Source: Candidatus Adlerbacteria bacterium (GTDB taxonomy: Bacteria > Patescibacteriota > Minisyncoccia > Phycocordibacterales > SBAW01). Taken from it: 49,465 nt of DNA. The DNA lies in the NCBI GenBank assembly GCA_903900775.1, contig CAIUOD010000004.1, positions 1 through 49,465 on the forward strand, written 5' to 3'. The position numbers and the translations under genes were made by a program. The notes under the pieces are model-generated. The model worked only from the letters and a program-made list of their open reading frames with translations. It ran no database searches and was not told the origin of the DNA. Below are positions 1-10,936 of this stretch, in pieces; the first letter of the stretch is position 1, and each line of letters starts with the position of its first letter.

Positions 1-3000
1 GCAGATGGCGAAGGCGAGGCCGAACATCACCGAGAATGCGAGTGGGCCCCAGGTGGCGTTTGAGGCGGCGAGCGGGATCATGCCGATGACGGTGGTGACG
101 GTGGTGAGCACAATGGGGCGGAGCCGCGTTGCCGACGACTCAACCACCACATCGATGAGCGGCTTATTAGGTTCAGCGTGCAAGTGATGGATCATCGAAT
201 CCATGAGGATGATGGCGTGATTGATAATCACGCCGCCGAGCGCGATGATGCCGAGCAGTGATGTGAAGGAAACCGGCTGGCCGGTGAGCGCGAGGCCATC
301 AAGGACGCCAATGAGCGAGAGCGGGACAATCGAAAGCAGATAAAGCGTGTAGCGGATTGAGTTGAAAGAAATAATCAAAATCATAAACATCAACACCAAC
401 CCCGCGATGAGGGCGATAAACATTTCTTGGAACGACTGATTGATGCTCTGCGTCTCACCGCCGTAGGAGACGGCAATGCCAGACGGCAGGTTGAGCATGC
501 CGATATTTTTTTGAAATTGGGCGACGACCGCGCTGGTCGTCGTCTGGCTGTCCGGGTAGGCCGAGACCGTCTCGATGCGATTCTTGTCTTTGTGCGCGAT
601 GCTCGCATTGCTCACGCCGAGCGAGTTGGTGAGGATGGATCCCAAAAGAACCGGCCCCGAGCGCCCTTGCACCGTGAGATTGTTAATAGAGTCGATCGTC
701 GTCTCTGCGGTGTTTGAGGTGTCGGTATACGCGGCGTTGAGATTAAGCTTGACGACAACATCAATATTTTGATTCGGCTGTGTGATGCTGGTTGCTTTGG
801 CGCCGTTGATAGCCGCGCGCAGGGTCTGCCCCACTATCTGTGGGTTGAGCCCGAGCGCGGCGGCCTTCGCGCGATTTATCGTGAGATCAAACTCGGTGCC
901 ATTGTTCTGCGTGCTGGAGGTGATGTTGATGACGTGCGGGATAGTCGAGAGCATTTGTTTGCCCGCGTCGGCCGCCGCAATGAGGTCGTTTAAATTCTCG
1001 CCCTCAAATTGGATTTGGATGGGCGCTCCCGAGGGTGGCCCATTACTTTCCTGGAGAATCTGCACGTTTACATTTGTCACCACCGAGAGCTGTTTTTGCA
1101 ATTCGTTGGAGATTTCGGTGCTTGTCTTTTTATGGCCAGCCGGCAGGTTGACCGTGATGTTTGCATTGTTGCTCCCGGTGGAACCGCTCCCCGTGAGCGA
1201 GGAGCTCTGCCCAACCGTCGTTTGGAAGGACGAAATATCTGCGTTGTGATAGAGCAATTCTTCGACTTCGCGCGTCGCCAAGTCGGTCTGCTCAAGCGTC
1301 GTCCCCTGCGGCTTCTCAAGATTGATGTAGACAAAATCCTGGTCGCTCTGCGGGAAAAATACCGATTGCACCAGGCCCAAAAACGGCAGCGTGAAGGAGA
1401 TGAGCAACAGAACCAAAAGTGTTCGCAGGAAAATATTTTGTGCGCGGCGGCTTTCGAGGATGTTGCGGAGATTTCGCGTGTACCACTCGGTTGCTCGGGT
1501 CGTATATGCTTCTTGCTGTGCCTCAAGCCGGTTCGAACCCGTTTTGGTAAAGAGCACGGCAATGAGCGGGACAATACCGAGCGCAACAAAAATAGACGCC
1601 ATCAATACAAAAATGAGCGTATACGGAATACCGGCAATAAATTTCCCGATGATGCCCGAGATAAAAAAGAGCGGCGCGAACACGGCCACCGTGGCCATCG
1701 TGCCGGCGATGAGCGGCCACGCATAGTCTACCAGCGCCGCGCGCGCCGCGACTATCGGATCGCCATATATCCGCATACGCGCATGGATTGCTTCGGTGAC
1801 AACGATACCCGAGTCGACTAAAATACCGACCGCCAAAATGAGCGAAAAGAGACTGATGAAGTTGAGCGTGTTACCGGTAAGATACAGGCCGATAAATGCG
1901 ATGAGGAACGAGAGCGGTATGGCGAGCGCGGCCACGAGCGACTCCCGCCAGCCGAGCGTGATGAGTAGAACGATAATGACGAGGCACACCGTCTCAAAGC
2001 CCGTTTTGGTCAAATCGCCGAGCTGTTTGCTAATCTGCACACCCTGGTCGGTCGAGGGCGAGATATATACATCGAGACCTTTAAGCGTTGTTTGTTGCAA
2101 ATCGGTAATTTCTTTTTTGGCGGCGTTTGCGACAGCCTGGAGGCCGCTCCCCGACTGTTTATACACCAAGAGTGTGATTGCCTGATTGCTCGGAGCTCCA
2201 CCGAGCGAAAGGCGCGAGTAGGTGGAGGGCGGCGCCAAGCCGTCGGAGATGGTCGCGATGTCGCGCAGATAAATCGGCACCGAGCCTTTCTGCCCCACGG
2301 CAATATCTTGGATTTGGCTGGGGTCGGTGATGCCACCCTTGAAGTTGACATTGTAGTTGACGCCGTCCATGGAGATATGGCCGGCCGGCGAGGCGGCATT
2401 ACTAGAGCTTATGGCCCCAATAACATCGGTTATCTTCAGGCCATACTGCTGGAGCGCCTCTTTATTGACGATGACGTCCACTTCCCTATCCGGCACGCCC
2501 GCCACATTAACTTGCGAGACTCCCTGCACGGTTTTGAGATCGTCAGAGATGGTCTGCCCGAGCTGTGAGAACTCGGTCGCTGGCAAATCACCCGCGATGG
2601 AGACCACCAAAACGGGCTGATCACTCAAATTTATTTTCGTGACCTGGGGCGCAGTGACGTCGGCAGGTAGATCGGGCACCGCGCGCGAGACCGCGTCACG
2701 CAAATCTTGAATCGCTTGATTGGTGTCGGCGCTTGCGGTGAACTGCACAATAATCTGCGAGATACCGTCGCTCGAATTTGAGGTGATAGTGTCGATATTA
2801 CTGATACCCGATATCTGATTCTCAAGCTTGTCGGTGATGAGCGTCTCCATATCCTCGGCAGAAGCTCCCGGCAAAACTGCGGTCACGATGCCATCGGGGA
2901 TCTCTATCGAGGGCGTGTTCTCCTTGGGGATCGCGATGAGCGCGTAGCTACCGGCGATAACGAGCGCCGCTATCAACACATAGCTGAACTGCCGCCTATC

Positions 3001-3027
3001 GAGAAAAAAGTTCCATAACCAGAGCAT
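1..3027 (-). CDS. RND-family efflux permease (AcrB/HAE-like), partial; the C-terminal end runs off the left window edge
   Basis: Absent from the ORF track because no stop lies in the window. The reverse frame from ATG (3025-3027) is open for 1009 codons down to nt 1. It starts MLWLWNFFLDRRQFSYVLIAALVIAGSYALIAIPKENTPSIEIP and ends ...VIGMIPLAASNATWGPLAFSVMFGLAFAIC, which are typical RND N- and C-terminal TM segments. The start is 3 nt after the adaptor gene stop. Confidence 0.9.
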   Translation of the reverse strand, partial: MLWLWNFFLDRRQFSYVLIAALVIAGSYALIAIPKENTPSIEIPDGIVTAVLPGASAEDMETLITDKLENQISGISNIDTITSNSSDGISQIIVQFTASADTNQAIQDLRDAVSRAVPDLPADVTAPQVTKINLSDQPVLVVSIAGDLPATEFSQLGQTISDDLKTVQGVSQVNVAGVPDREVDVIVNKEALQQYGLKITDVIGAISSSNAASPAGHISMDGVNYNVNFKGGITDPSQIQDIAVGQKGSVPIYLRDIATISDGLAPPSTYSRLSLGGAPSNQAITLLVYKQSGSGLQAVANAAKKEITDLQQTTLKGLDVYISPSTDQGVQISKQLGDLTKTGFETVCLVIIVLLITLGWRESLVAALAIPLSFLIAFIGLYLTGNTLNFISLFSLILAVGILVDSGIVVTEAIHARMRIYGDPIVAARAALVDYAWPLIAGTMATVAVFAPLFFISGIIGKFIAGIPYTLIFVLMASIFVALGIVPLIAVLFTKTGSNRLEAQQEAYTTRATEWYTRNLRNILESRRAQNIFLRTLLVLLLISFTLPFLGLVQSVFFPQSDQDFVYINLEKPQGTTLEQTDLATREVEELLYHNADISSFQTTVGQSSSLTGSGSTGSNNANITVNLPAGHKKTSTEISNELQKQLSVVTNVNVQILQESNGPPSGAPIQIQFEGENLNDLIAAADAGKQMLSTIPHVINITSSTQNNGTEFDLTINRAKAAALGLNPQIVGQTLRAAINGAKATSITQPNQNIDVVVKLNLNAAYTDTSNTAETTIDSINNLTVQGRSGPVLLGSILTNSLGVSNASIAHKDKNRIETVSAYPDSQTTTSAVVAQFQKNIGMLNLPSGIAVSYGGETQSINQSFQEMFIALIAGLVLMFMILIISFNSIRYTLYLLSIVPLSLIGVLDGLALTGQPVSFTSLLGIIALGGVIINHAIILMDSMIHHLHAEPNKPLIDVVVESSATRLRPIVLTTVTTVIGMIPLAASNATWGPLAFSVMFGLAFAIC

Positions 3028-3030
3028 AAT

Positions 3031-4638
3031 TTATTGTGAATCGACCACGACCACCTGCCCCGCCGAGAGACCGCGCGCGTCGGTAACGATAGCCATCTCG
3101 GGTGTGAGCCCTTTGGAGACCACCACCTGCGAACCCAGAATAGTGCCGAGCGCTATCGGATTGGCGACGAGCGTGCTCGAAGCAACCGTGAAAACAACCG
3201 GCCCCTGGGGGGTAATCTTCGCCGCGATAATTGGTATAACAATCTGGCTCGCCACGACAGCTTTAGTCGGGGCCTTCGCCTCCGAACGATCGAGAGAGAC
3301 TGTTACCGTATCGCCGTCGGTAAGCGCGCTCTGATCGCCCACGATGCCTATTTTGACCTCGATCTTCCCAGTGGTTGGGTCGAGTGCAGGAGCTATCGAG
3401 ACGATAACGCCGTGCGCCACGCCACCTCCTATCGAGGCCCCGCCTCCAACCGACAGTGTCTTGGCATCGTCGGGCGTGACATAGGTCTCAATCTCAAGCG
3501 CGCTCGGGTTAGATATTTGCGCCACGGGAGAGAATGCCGAAACAAAATCACCTTGTGTTATGGGGAGGCTGATGATAGTGCCCGAGATGGGAGAGCGGAT
3601 AATCGTTTTTTCTAAATTCGCCTTCGCGCCCCCGAGTGCGCCTTGCGCCTGCTTCACATTCGCTTGCGCAACCGCGATGTCACTCCCCGTGCCCGTGGCC
3701 GAGTTCGAAGCGGTCTGCGCGCCAGACTGCGCCGCATCGTAGGCATTTTTGGCGGCCGTTAAACTGGAGATTGCGGCGAGTACTTCACTGCGCGCCGCGC
3801 CGACGGCTGCTTGGTAGCTCGCGATGGTGGCGGCGGTGGTCTGCCCGCTCGGAACCGCATCATTAACTCCCGCGACCAAGCTGTTGAGAAACGTCGCGAC
3901 TTTCTGCGCGTCGGTGAGCATCGCTCCCGCACTCGCATCGATATCGCTGTTGGTCGCGAGTGAATCTGCATCAGCAAGGACGCTGTTGAGGCCCGCACGT
4001 TCGTTCTCTATATCAATGACTAGCTGGCTGTCAGGAATAATGATGGTCGAGAGGAGCGCCGGCTGCGCACTGCGCGAATTGGTGAAAAGTGTGTCCGATT
4101 TAGTATTGACCGCATCATCGAGCGCCGCGGCGGTGTTTTGGAGCGTGGCGAGGGCCGACGTCTGTGCATTGGCCGCGCCCTGCGATGCCTGCGCGGCGCC
4201 GATGCTCGAGTTGGCCGCCGTACTACCGCTCGCTTTAGTGAGGTTGGCCTCTGCGGCGTCATACGCGCCCTGCGCCTGGAGCACTGCCGCCTCCTGGCTA
4301 CTATTATCAAATTGTGCGATTACCGCCCCTGCCGCGACATGGTCACCAAGCGCGCGTGAGAGGCTGACGATTTCGCCGGAACTCTGCGCGAGAACATTCG
4401 CTTCACTCAACGACGTAACATTGCCGACAACCGGCAGAGGGCCGGTCTGCGACGACAGGCTCGCCACCGAGGCAATCTTCACATGCGAGACCCCCGACGC
4501 CGCAACGTCGGTCGAAGGCGTCTTGGCGGCAAAATGCACGATAAGAATAATCGCAACCAAAATCACCGCCCCGCCGCCGATGCTATAGCGGCGGGGCATC
4601 TGCGCTATAAATCGCCCTATTTTTCTAAAAATATTCAT
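3031..4638 (-). CDS. Efflux periplasmic adaptor (membrane-fusion protein, HlyD/RND-MFP family) with a very long Ala/Gln/Ser-rich coiled-coil insert
   Basis: 535 aa. N-terminal TM (GGGAVILVAIILIVHF), lipoyl-like motif (GEIVSLSRALGDHVAAGAVIAQFD), a central low-complexity helical region, and a C-terminal beta-barrel (ISGTIISLPITQGDFV). Immediately upstream of the RND permease. Confidence 0.8.
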   Translation of the reverse strand: MNIFRKIGRFIAQMPRRYSIGGGAVILVAIILIVHFAAKTPSTDVAASGVSHVKIASVASLSSQTGPLPVVGNVTSLSEANVLAQSSGEIVSLSRALGDHVAAGAVIAQFDNSSQEAAVLQAQGAYDAAEANLTKASGSTAANSSIGAAQASQGAANAQTSALATLQNTAAALDDAVNTKSDTLFTNSRSAQPALLSTIIIPDSQLVIDIENERAGLNSVLADADSLATNSDIDASAGAMLTDAQKVATFLNSLVAGVNDAVPSGQTTAATIASYQAAVGAARSEVLAAISSLTAAKNAYDAAQSGAQTASNSATGTGSDIAVAQANVKQAQGALGGAKANLEKTIIRSPISGTIISLPITQGDFVSAFSPVAQISNPSALEIETYVTPDDAKTLSVGGGASIGGGVAHGVIVSIAPALDPTTGKIEVKIGIVGDQSALTDGDTVTVSLDRSEAKAPTKAVVASQIVIPIIAAKITPQGPVVFTVASSTLVANPIALGTILGSQVVVSKGLTPEMAIVTDARGLSAGQVVVVDSQ

Positions 4639-4750
4639 AAAGGTAACAATTAATGTGGCCGGGATTTTTAAGGCCCGACCACTCTATAAACTACCATATT
4701 CCTGGCTGTAATTGCCATGATATGGCTTAAACGATGGTTATCAATTACTA

Positions 4751-5305
4751 CTAACTCGCCTTAAAGATGACTCCTGTCGGCGTGACAAATTCAGCGGCGT
4801 CGGGCACCCAGGGGTGGCAATTCGAGGAAAATTGGGTGGTGTCGGTTACCGCGATGACCCCACCTTGCGGTTGCTTTACTATCGCACCGCTCGCGGTAAT
4901 AGCCGCCTTTACACCGCTCGTCTGGCCATTTACCCAGGTATATGAATAGCCGTTTGCGCGGATGATGTGGATAGTGGTGTCATTACCATGACTATCGGTC
5001 GAAACAAAGTTGAGTCGTGTCTTGCCGCCTGCGGCATAGACCGTGCCGCTCGTCTTGCTGTCGCCCGTACTAGTATCGACGGTGCAGGTATAGTTGCCGC
5101 CCTGGGTTGTGAGCGCGTGCAGAGTGGTCGCTTTTGCAGTAGTAGCTGTAGGCGCCCCGTTGGCGGTATTGGTTGAGCTCGCTACCGAGCCTGCCGTATT
5201 AGCCGTGGGCGAAGCACTCGGAGTAAACAGATACCATGCACCTGCTACCAATACCAAAACTACGAGCACGCCGATGATGATCTTTTCTCTTTGCGACATA
5301 GTCAT
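4751..5305 (-). CDS. Hypothetical membrane-anchored/secreted protein
   Basis: ORF 4751..5350. The likely start is MTMSQREKIIIGVLVVLVLVAGAWYLF (ATG at 5303-5305), giving one N-terminal TM and then a Thr/Ser/Gly-rich domain. No family recognised. Confidence 0.55.
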   Translation of the reverse strand: MTMSQREKIIIGVLVVLVLVAGAWYLFTPSASPTANTAGSVASSTNTANGAPTATTAKATTLHALTTQGGNYTCTVDTSTGDSKTSGTVYAAGGKTRLNFVSTDSHGNDTTIHIIRANGYSYTWVNGQTSGVKAAITASGAIVKQPQGGVIAVTDTTQFSSNCHPWVPDAAEFVTPTGVIFKAS

Positions 5306-5412
5306 TAAAAAGTTATGCACGAAAATAATAATAGGTGCGGTCTCACGCAAGCATCATAAAACACCCCACCTGATTTTTTCATGAAGGACAATTCAATATA
5401 AAAACACCTCGG

Positions 5413-5497
5413 CGGAGAGAGAGGGATTCGAACCCTCGGTGCCTTGCGACACACAGACTTTCCAGGTCTGCCGATTAAACCACTCTCGCATCTCTCC
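5413..5497 (-). tRNA. tRNA-Ser (anticodon GGA), long variable arm
   Basis: The reverse complement is GGAGAGATGCGAGAGTGGTTTAATCGGCAGACCTGGAAAGTCTGTGTGTCGCAAGGCACCGAGGGTTCGAATCCCTCTCTCTCCG. Acceptor GGAGAGA/TCTCTCC; anticodon stem CAGAC/GTCTG with loop CTGGAAA; T arm GAGGG-TTCGAAT-CCCTC; long extra arm. CCA is not encoded. Confidence 0.9.
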
Positions 5498-5542
5498 GTG
5501 CGCTCCCTATAGTGCGTTAAAAATCGACTTTGCTCAAGGTAT

Positions 5543-5580
5543 ATAAAAAATTAGGCCCCACCGCGCGCCGCGCGGTGGGG
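5543..5580 (-). terminator. Rho-independent terminator (minus strand)
   Basis: 10-bp GC stem ccccaccgcg/cgcggtgggg (5556-5565 / 5571-5580) with a 5-nt loop. On the minus strand it is followed by a T-run (plus-strand aaaaaa at 5545-5550). Confidence 0.7.
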
Positions 5581-5583
5581 ACC

Positions 5584-5837
5584 GATGGGACCGCTCTTGG
5601 ACGGTCAGGCGGACTAGCGGCGAGCGCCAACTGTCCTTATTGGGGATACCACGCGACCATGCGCTTGCCGGTCGGCGTGATATAGGGCATGCAGTCGAGA
5701 CCCGATGCCGACTGCCCCTGAACCTCCGGCTTACGCAAGATGCGCCTTGGCATCCGCGGTGCCGGCCTGTTTCCACGACCGCGACAATGAGACTTCGCCA
5801 TTTGGGCCTTCTCCCTTGAGCCGGTCCCACCACGAGA
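5584..5837 (-). ncRNA. Candidate structured non-coding RNA of unknown class (or a structured htpX 3' UTR)
   Basis: About 340 nt with no credible ORF; only Arg-rich junk frames. A long-range closing helix pairs minus-strand UGGUGGGACCGGCUC (5823-5837) with GAGCGGUCCCAUCGG (5584-5598). Internal hairpins include CGCGGU..ACCGCG, GAUGC-caaggc-GCAUC and GCAGUCG-gcaucgggucu-CGACUGC. A terminator follows directly. Confidence 0.35.
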
Positions 5838-5879
5838 CCGACAAAATTGTTTATAGCACGCCAAGAAAAAGCGTCAATC

Positions 5880-6770
5880 TTATCTATCCCCAACCAGAGC
5901 TTTTATTCTGTCCGCGATTGGCGGATGCGTAGAAAAAAGTTTTGTGAGAAAGCTCGTGCTTGCGCGCGCGCCAAAGGGGTTTGAGATATAGAGGTGTGCG
6001 GTGGCATTGCTCGCGCCCCTCATCGGCAGCTGATATTGGCCGATTTTTTGGAGCGCCGAGGCGAGGCCCTCGGGATAGCGCGTGAGGAGTGCGCCCGAAG
6101 CATCAGCCAAAAATTCGCGCTTGCGCGAAATAGCAAGCTGGATGAGCGTCGCCAAAATAGGCGCGAGGATAATAAAGACGATGGCGATGGCGGCCATAAT
6201 CGGATTGCCGCGTTCATCGTTGTTGCCTCTGCCGAAAAATGAAGTGCGCAAGAAAATGTCAGCCACGAGCGTGACGATGCCCACCAAAACCACCGCCACG
6301 GTCGAGACGACCATGTCGCGATTGCCGATGTGCGAGAGCTCGTGCGCGATAACGCCCTGGAGCTCGTTGCTATCCATCATACCGAGGAGGCCAGTCGTCA
6401 CCGCCAGCGCCGCGTGGCTTGCATTCCTCCCGGTGGCGAACGCGTTGGGCTGTGGATCGTTTATGATATACACTCTCGGCTTCGGGAGCCCTGCCGTTAT
6501 TGAGAGATTCTCAACAATGCGATTGAGCGCAATATATTGCGGCCCATCGGCCGGCGTCGCGCGTGCCATCGCGATGACCAGTTTGTCGGAGAACCAGTAG
6601 CTCCCGATGTTCATGCCGATGGCAAGAATCACCGCAATAACTAAAATGCCCGGGTTGTTCAGATACCACGAGATAGCCCAGCCGACCGCTACGACGACCG
6701 CCAAAAAGACACTCATCAAGACCCAGGTCTTGGCGGTATTTTCAGTTTGATGGGTATAAAGAGTGGCCAT
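5880..6770 (-). CDS. htpX: Zinc metalloprotease HtpX (peptidase M48)
   Basis: 296 aa. HELSHIGNRD zinc motif, four TM segments, and the C-terminal STHPPIADRI motif typical of HtpX. Confidence 0.9.
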   Translation of the reverse strand: MATLYTHQTENTAKTWVLMSVFLAVVVAVGWAISWYLNNPGILVIAVILAIGMNIGSYWFSDKLVIAMARATPADGPQYIALNRIVENLSITAGLPKPRVYIINDPQPNAFATGRNASHAALAVTTGLLGMMDSNELQGVIAHELSHIGNRDMVVSTVAVVLVGIVTLVADIFLRTSFFGRGNNDERGNPIMAAIAIVFIILAPILATLIQLAISRKREFLADASGALLTRYPEGLASALQKIGQYQLPMRGASNATAHLYISNPFGARASTSFLTKLFSTHPPIADRIKALVGDR

Positions 6771-6780
6771 AATGTATTGA

Positions 6781-7260
6781 TTATTTTGCGCGCGATTTCA
6801 GTATAGTATCGGCTGTGCGGATTTCTTCAAGCGCATTGCCGACGAGATCATACTTCTCGGCCTCTTCAAGCGTGACCCAAGCGTATTCTGAAACTTCGAT
6901 GCCGTCCGGCACTACCTCGCCGCCAACATACGGGGCAAAGAAGCTTAAAACCAAAACCGGCGTGCCATTGGGTTGGATAAAAGCGATGTCGCAGAGATAT
7001 TCGGGCTTCCCTATCTCAAGCCCGACTTCTTCCCGAACCTCGCGCCTGAGTGCTCGCTCGAGCGCGCCCGCCCACTGGCCATCTACGCCCGATTTTTCAT
7101 TCAGATAATCGTCCACCGAAAGCCCGCCGCCCGGTGGGAGCCACCGGCCGGGGTGAATCCGCTTTTTGTCGCCGCGCTTGATGATGAGGAAGGTCCCATC
7201 AGGCCGATACACGAGCGCGGTTGCCGCGACGCGATGGAGCTCTTTATCTTTAATTTCCAT
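6781..7260 (-). CDS. NUDIX hydrolase
   Basis: 159 aa. Nudix box GGGLSVDDYLNEKSG...ALRREVREEVGLEI (GX5EX7REUXEEXGU pattern). Confidence 0.8.
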   Translation of the reverse strand: MEIKDKELHRVAATALVYRPDGTFLIIKRGDKKRIHPGRWLPPGGGLSVDDYLNEKSGVDGQWAGALERALRREVREEVGLEIGKPEYLCDIAFIQPNGTPVLVLSFFAPYVGGEVVPDGIEVSEYAWVTLEEAEKYDLVGNALEEIRTADTILKSRAK

Positions 7261-7270
7261 TTGCTACCAA

Positions 7271-7831
7271 CTAGAACTTCACAGCGATCGGCTGGCGCGC
7301 GGCTTGGTCGGCATCGCCGAGCTCGAAGAATGTCTTTGGGCCGAAGTTGAACATCCCTGCGATGAGATTGCCCGGGAAGCTCTGCACCGCGGTGTTGAGA
7401 TCCATCACCGTGCTGTTATAGAAGCGGCGTGCGGCCTGGATTTTATTTTCGGTATCGGAGAGCTCGCCTTGGAGCGCGAGGAAGTTTTGATTGGCTTTGA
7501 GATCCGGATACGCTTCAGAAACCGCAAAGAGCGACTTGAGCGCGCCGGTGAGCTGATTCTCGGCGGCACCTTTTGCCTCGGGGCCCTGCGCACCCATCGC
7601 CGCCGATCGAGCCGCCGTGACATTCTCAAAGACGCCTTTCTCGTGGCTCGCGTAGCCTTTGACCGTCTCGATAAGATTCGGGATCAAATCGTAGCGGCGT
7701 TTCAGCTGGACATCGATGTCCGACCACGCATTTTGCGCATGGTTCGTGAGCGCCACAAAATGCCGCTGGCCAAACACCACCCACAGCACCACCACTAAAA
7801 CAACCGCGATCACAATATAGGTGATAATCAT
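7271..7831 (-). CDS. lemA: LemA family membrane protein
   Basis: 186 aa. N-terminal TM followed by NAWSDIDVQLKRRYDLIPNLIETVKGYASHEKGVFENVTAARS, which is characteristic of LemA. Confidence 0.85.
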   Translation of the reverse strand: MIITYIVIAVVLVVVLWVVFGQRHFVALTNHAQNAWSDIDVQLKRRYDLIPNLIETVKGYASHEKGVFENVTAARSAAMGAQGPEAKGAAENQLTGALKSLFAVSEAYPDLKANQNFLALQGELSDTENKIQAARRFYNSTVMDLNTAVQSFPGNLIAGMFNFGPKTFFELGDADQAARQPIAVKF

Positions 7832-7868
7832 GGCCGAATTATAGCACAGACCCTACTAATTTTTGGAT

Positions 7869-9921
<2,053 letters not shown>

Positions 9922-9960
9922 TTGAAATAATCCTTATATAACCTGCTAAATCGTTGGCAG

Positions 9961-9988
9961 ATTATACGTTAATTTGCTCGTGTGTGAA
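9961..9988 (-). promoter_or_regulatory. Putative groES-groEL promoter
   Basis: On the minus strand, TTCACA (plus 9983-9988), a 16-nt spacer and TATAAT (plus 9961-9966). It lies ~40 nt upstream of the groES ATG. A small palindrome, CTGCCAA-CGAT-TTAGCAG, sits in the leader. Confidence 0.45.
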
Positions 9989-10022
9989 CTTGACTAACTT
10001 AAAACAATAGTTTATTGTAGTT
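9984..10022 (+). promoter_or_regulatory. Promoter/operator module, copy 1 (TTGACT-17-TATTGT with embedded ACAATA-N3-TATTGT palindrome)
   Basis: The 39-nt string gtgaacttgactaacttaaaacaatagtttattgtagtt is identical to 10858-10896. The -35 is at 9990-9995 and the -10 at 10013-10018. Confidence 0.6.
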
Positions 10023-10081
10023 CCAGCGTAAAAATTGGCTCTTTGACCATGTGCAAAGAGCCCTCATCAGGAGGTGATGCT

Positions 10082-10360
10082 ATGCGTAAGTTTTGGCGTT
10101 TGTGGTTTTCAGCGTGTACTGCAGGCCTTTCTGTTTCCGTGGTTTTCGTGCTGTTCGTCTTGGTGGGAAAATGGGATATCAACGCTATCGCAGTTGTTTC
10201 CATCACAATGGCACTGGTTGGTGGGAGCATAGTAAGCTTCCGCCAAAAGAGAGAAGGACCCCAAGTCCCCATCGAGGAGACGATAGAGAGGAACTGGCGG
10301 GTGGCTTCCTTCGGAATTCCTTGGCTGGTCATGCGTTTACTCAAACGCAAGCCATCCTGA
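10082..10360 (+). CDS. Small membrane protein (2 predicted TM), hypothetical
   Basis: ORF 10043..10360. AGGAGG lies 7 nt before the ATG at 10082 (MRKFWRLWFSACTAGLSVSVVFVLFVLVGKW...). A terminator follows. Local GC is lower. Confidence 0.55.
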   Translation: MRKFWRLWFSACTAGLSVSVVFVLFVLVGKWDINAIAVVSITMALVGGSIVSFRQKREGPQVPIEETIERNWRVASFGIPWLVMRLLKRKPS

Positions 10361-10395
10361 CCGTCCTTAGTTCTGCACTTGATTCTTGTGCGAAT

Positions 10396-10428
10396 CCCCG
10401 GACACTGCGTCCGGGGGTATCGTTTTTT
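10396..10428 (+). terminator. Rho-independent terminator
   Basis: Stem ccccgga/tccgggg (10396-10416) followed by tatcgtttttt. Confidence 0.7.
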
Positions 10429-10487
10429 ATATTTGACAACCTCTTTGCTTGGTAGTTTCATGGTTTGGGCAACTGGAGGATGTGCCA

Positions 10488-10811
10488 ATGAAGGAAGTTG
10501 AACTTCGGGTCTTCGCGTCCATTCTTTCCTCCTACTGGAATGGGAAGGATCTCGAAATCCGAACCAATACTGAACGAACGGCTCGCGTGGCAGTGGGAGA
10601 TGTTCTTATCATCAATCACACATTAAAGCGACGGGTCAAAGCTATCCGGTGGTACCGGGATTTTGAGAAAGCTCTCGCCGTTGAAAAACCGAGGAGAATT
10701 TTCCCCGGTTACGGCTGGAACAGCGATTCAATCCTGAAAGCTCTTCGCACTATTTACACTCCCGGAGCTGAAAACCGAGGCGTCCTCGTATTCGAGCTCG
10801 AGGATGTTTGA
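10488..10811 (+). CDS. ASCH-domain-like protein
   Basis: ORF 10449..10811. GGAGGA lies 7 nt before the ATG at 10488. MKEVELRVFASILSSYWNGKDLEIRTN...VGDVLII...VKAIRWYRDFEKALAVEKPRRIFPGYGWNSDSILKALRTIYTPGAENRGVLVFELEDV matches the ASCH layout as I remember it: G-K-x-x-E-x-R, GD, Y-x-x-F-E, PG, Y, GV-x-x-F-E-L. Confidence 0.5.
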   Translation: MKEVELRVFASILSSYWNGKDLEIRTNTERTARVAVGDVLIINHTLKRRVKAIRWYRDFEKALAVEKPRRIFPGYGWNSDSILKALRTIYTPGAENRGVLVFELEDV

Positions 10812-10850
10812 ACCGCCGCGCAACTTAGTTGCGCGGCGGTCGTTGGTTTT
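10812..10850 (+). terminator. Rho-independent terminator
   Basis: Stem accgccgcgcaac/gttgcgcggcggt with loop TTA, followed by cgttggtttt. Confidence 0.65.
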
Positions 10851-10857
10851 GGCCCTC

Positions 10858-10896
10858 GTGAACTTGACTAACTTAAAACAATAGTTTATTGTAGTT
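10858..10896 (+). promoter_or_regulatory. Promoter/operator module, copy 2
   Basis: Identical 39-nt copy of 9984-10022. The -35 TTGACT is at 10864-10869 and the -10 TATTGT at 10887-10892. Confidence 0.6.
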
Positions 10897-10936
10897 TTCT
10901 CTGATCTTTCCACACATCGCCTGAAAGGAGGCGCAC

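Noticed and set aside
5530-5880. Possible RNase P RNA, tmRNA or SRP RNA in the htpX to tRNA-Ser spacer.
   Set aside because: I looked for GGAAAGUCCGG / ACAGAAxCCGGCUUA (RNase P), a GGUUCGAxUCC T-arm with an acceptor end and a tag ORF (tmRNA), and GUCAGGUCCGGAAGGAAGCAGC (SRP). Only partial chance resemblances exist, for example CUGAACCUCCGGCUUAC on the opposite strand. The class is therefore left open.
9922-9960. CIRCE (HrcA) element upstream of groES.
   Set aside because: Only a short palindrome, CTGCCAA-CGAT-TTAGCAG, is present. It does not match TTAGCACTC-N9-GAGTGCTAA.
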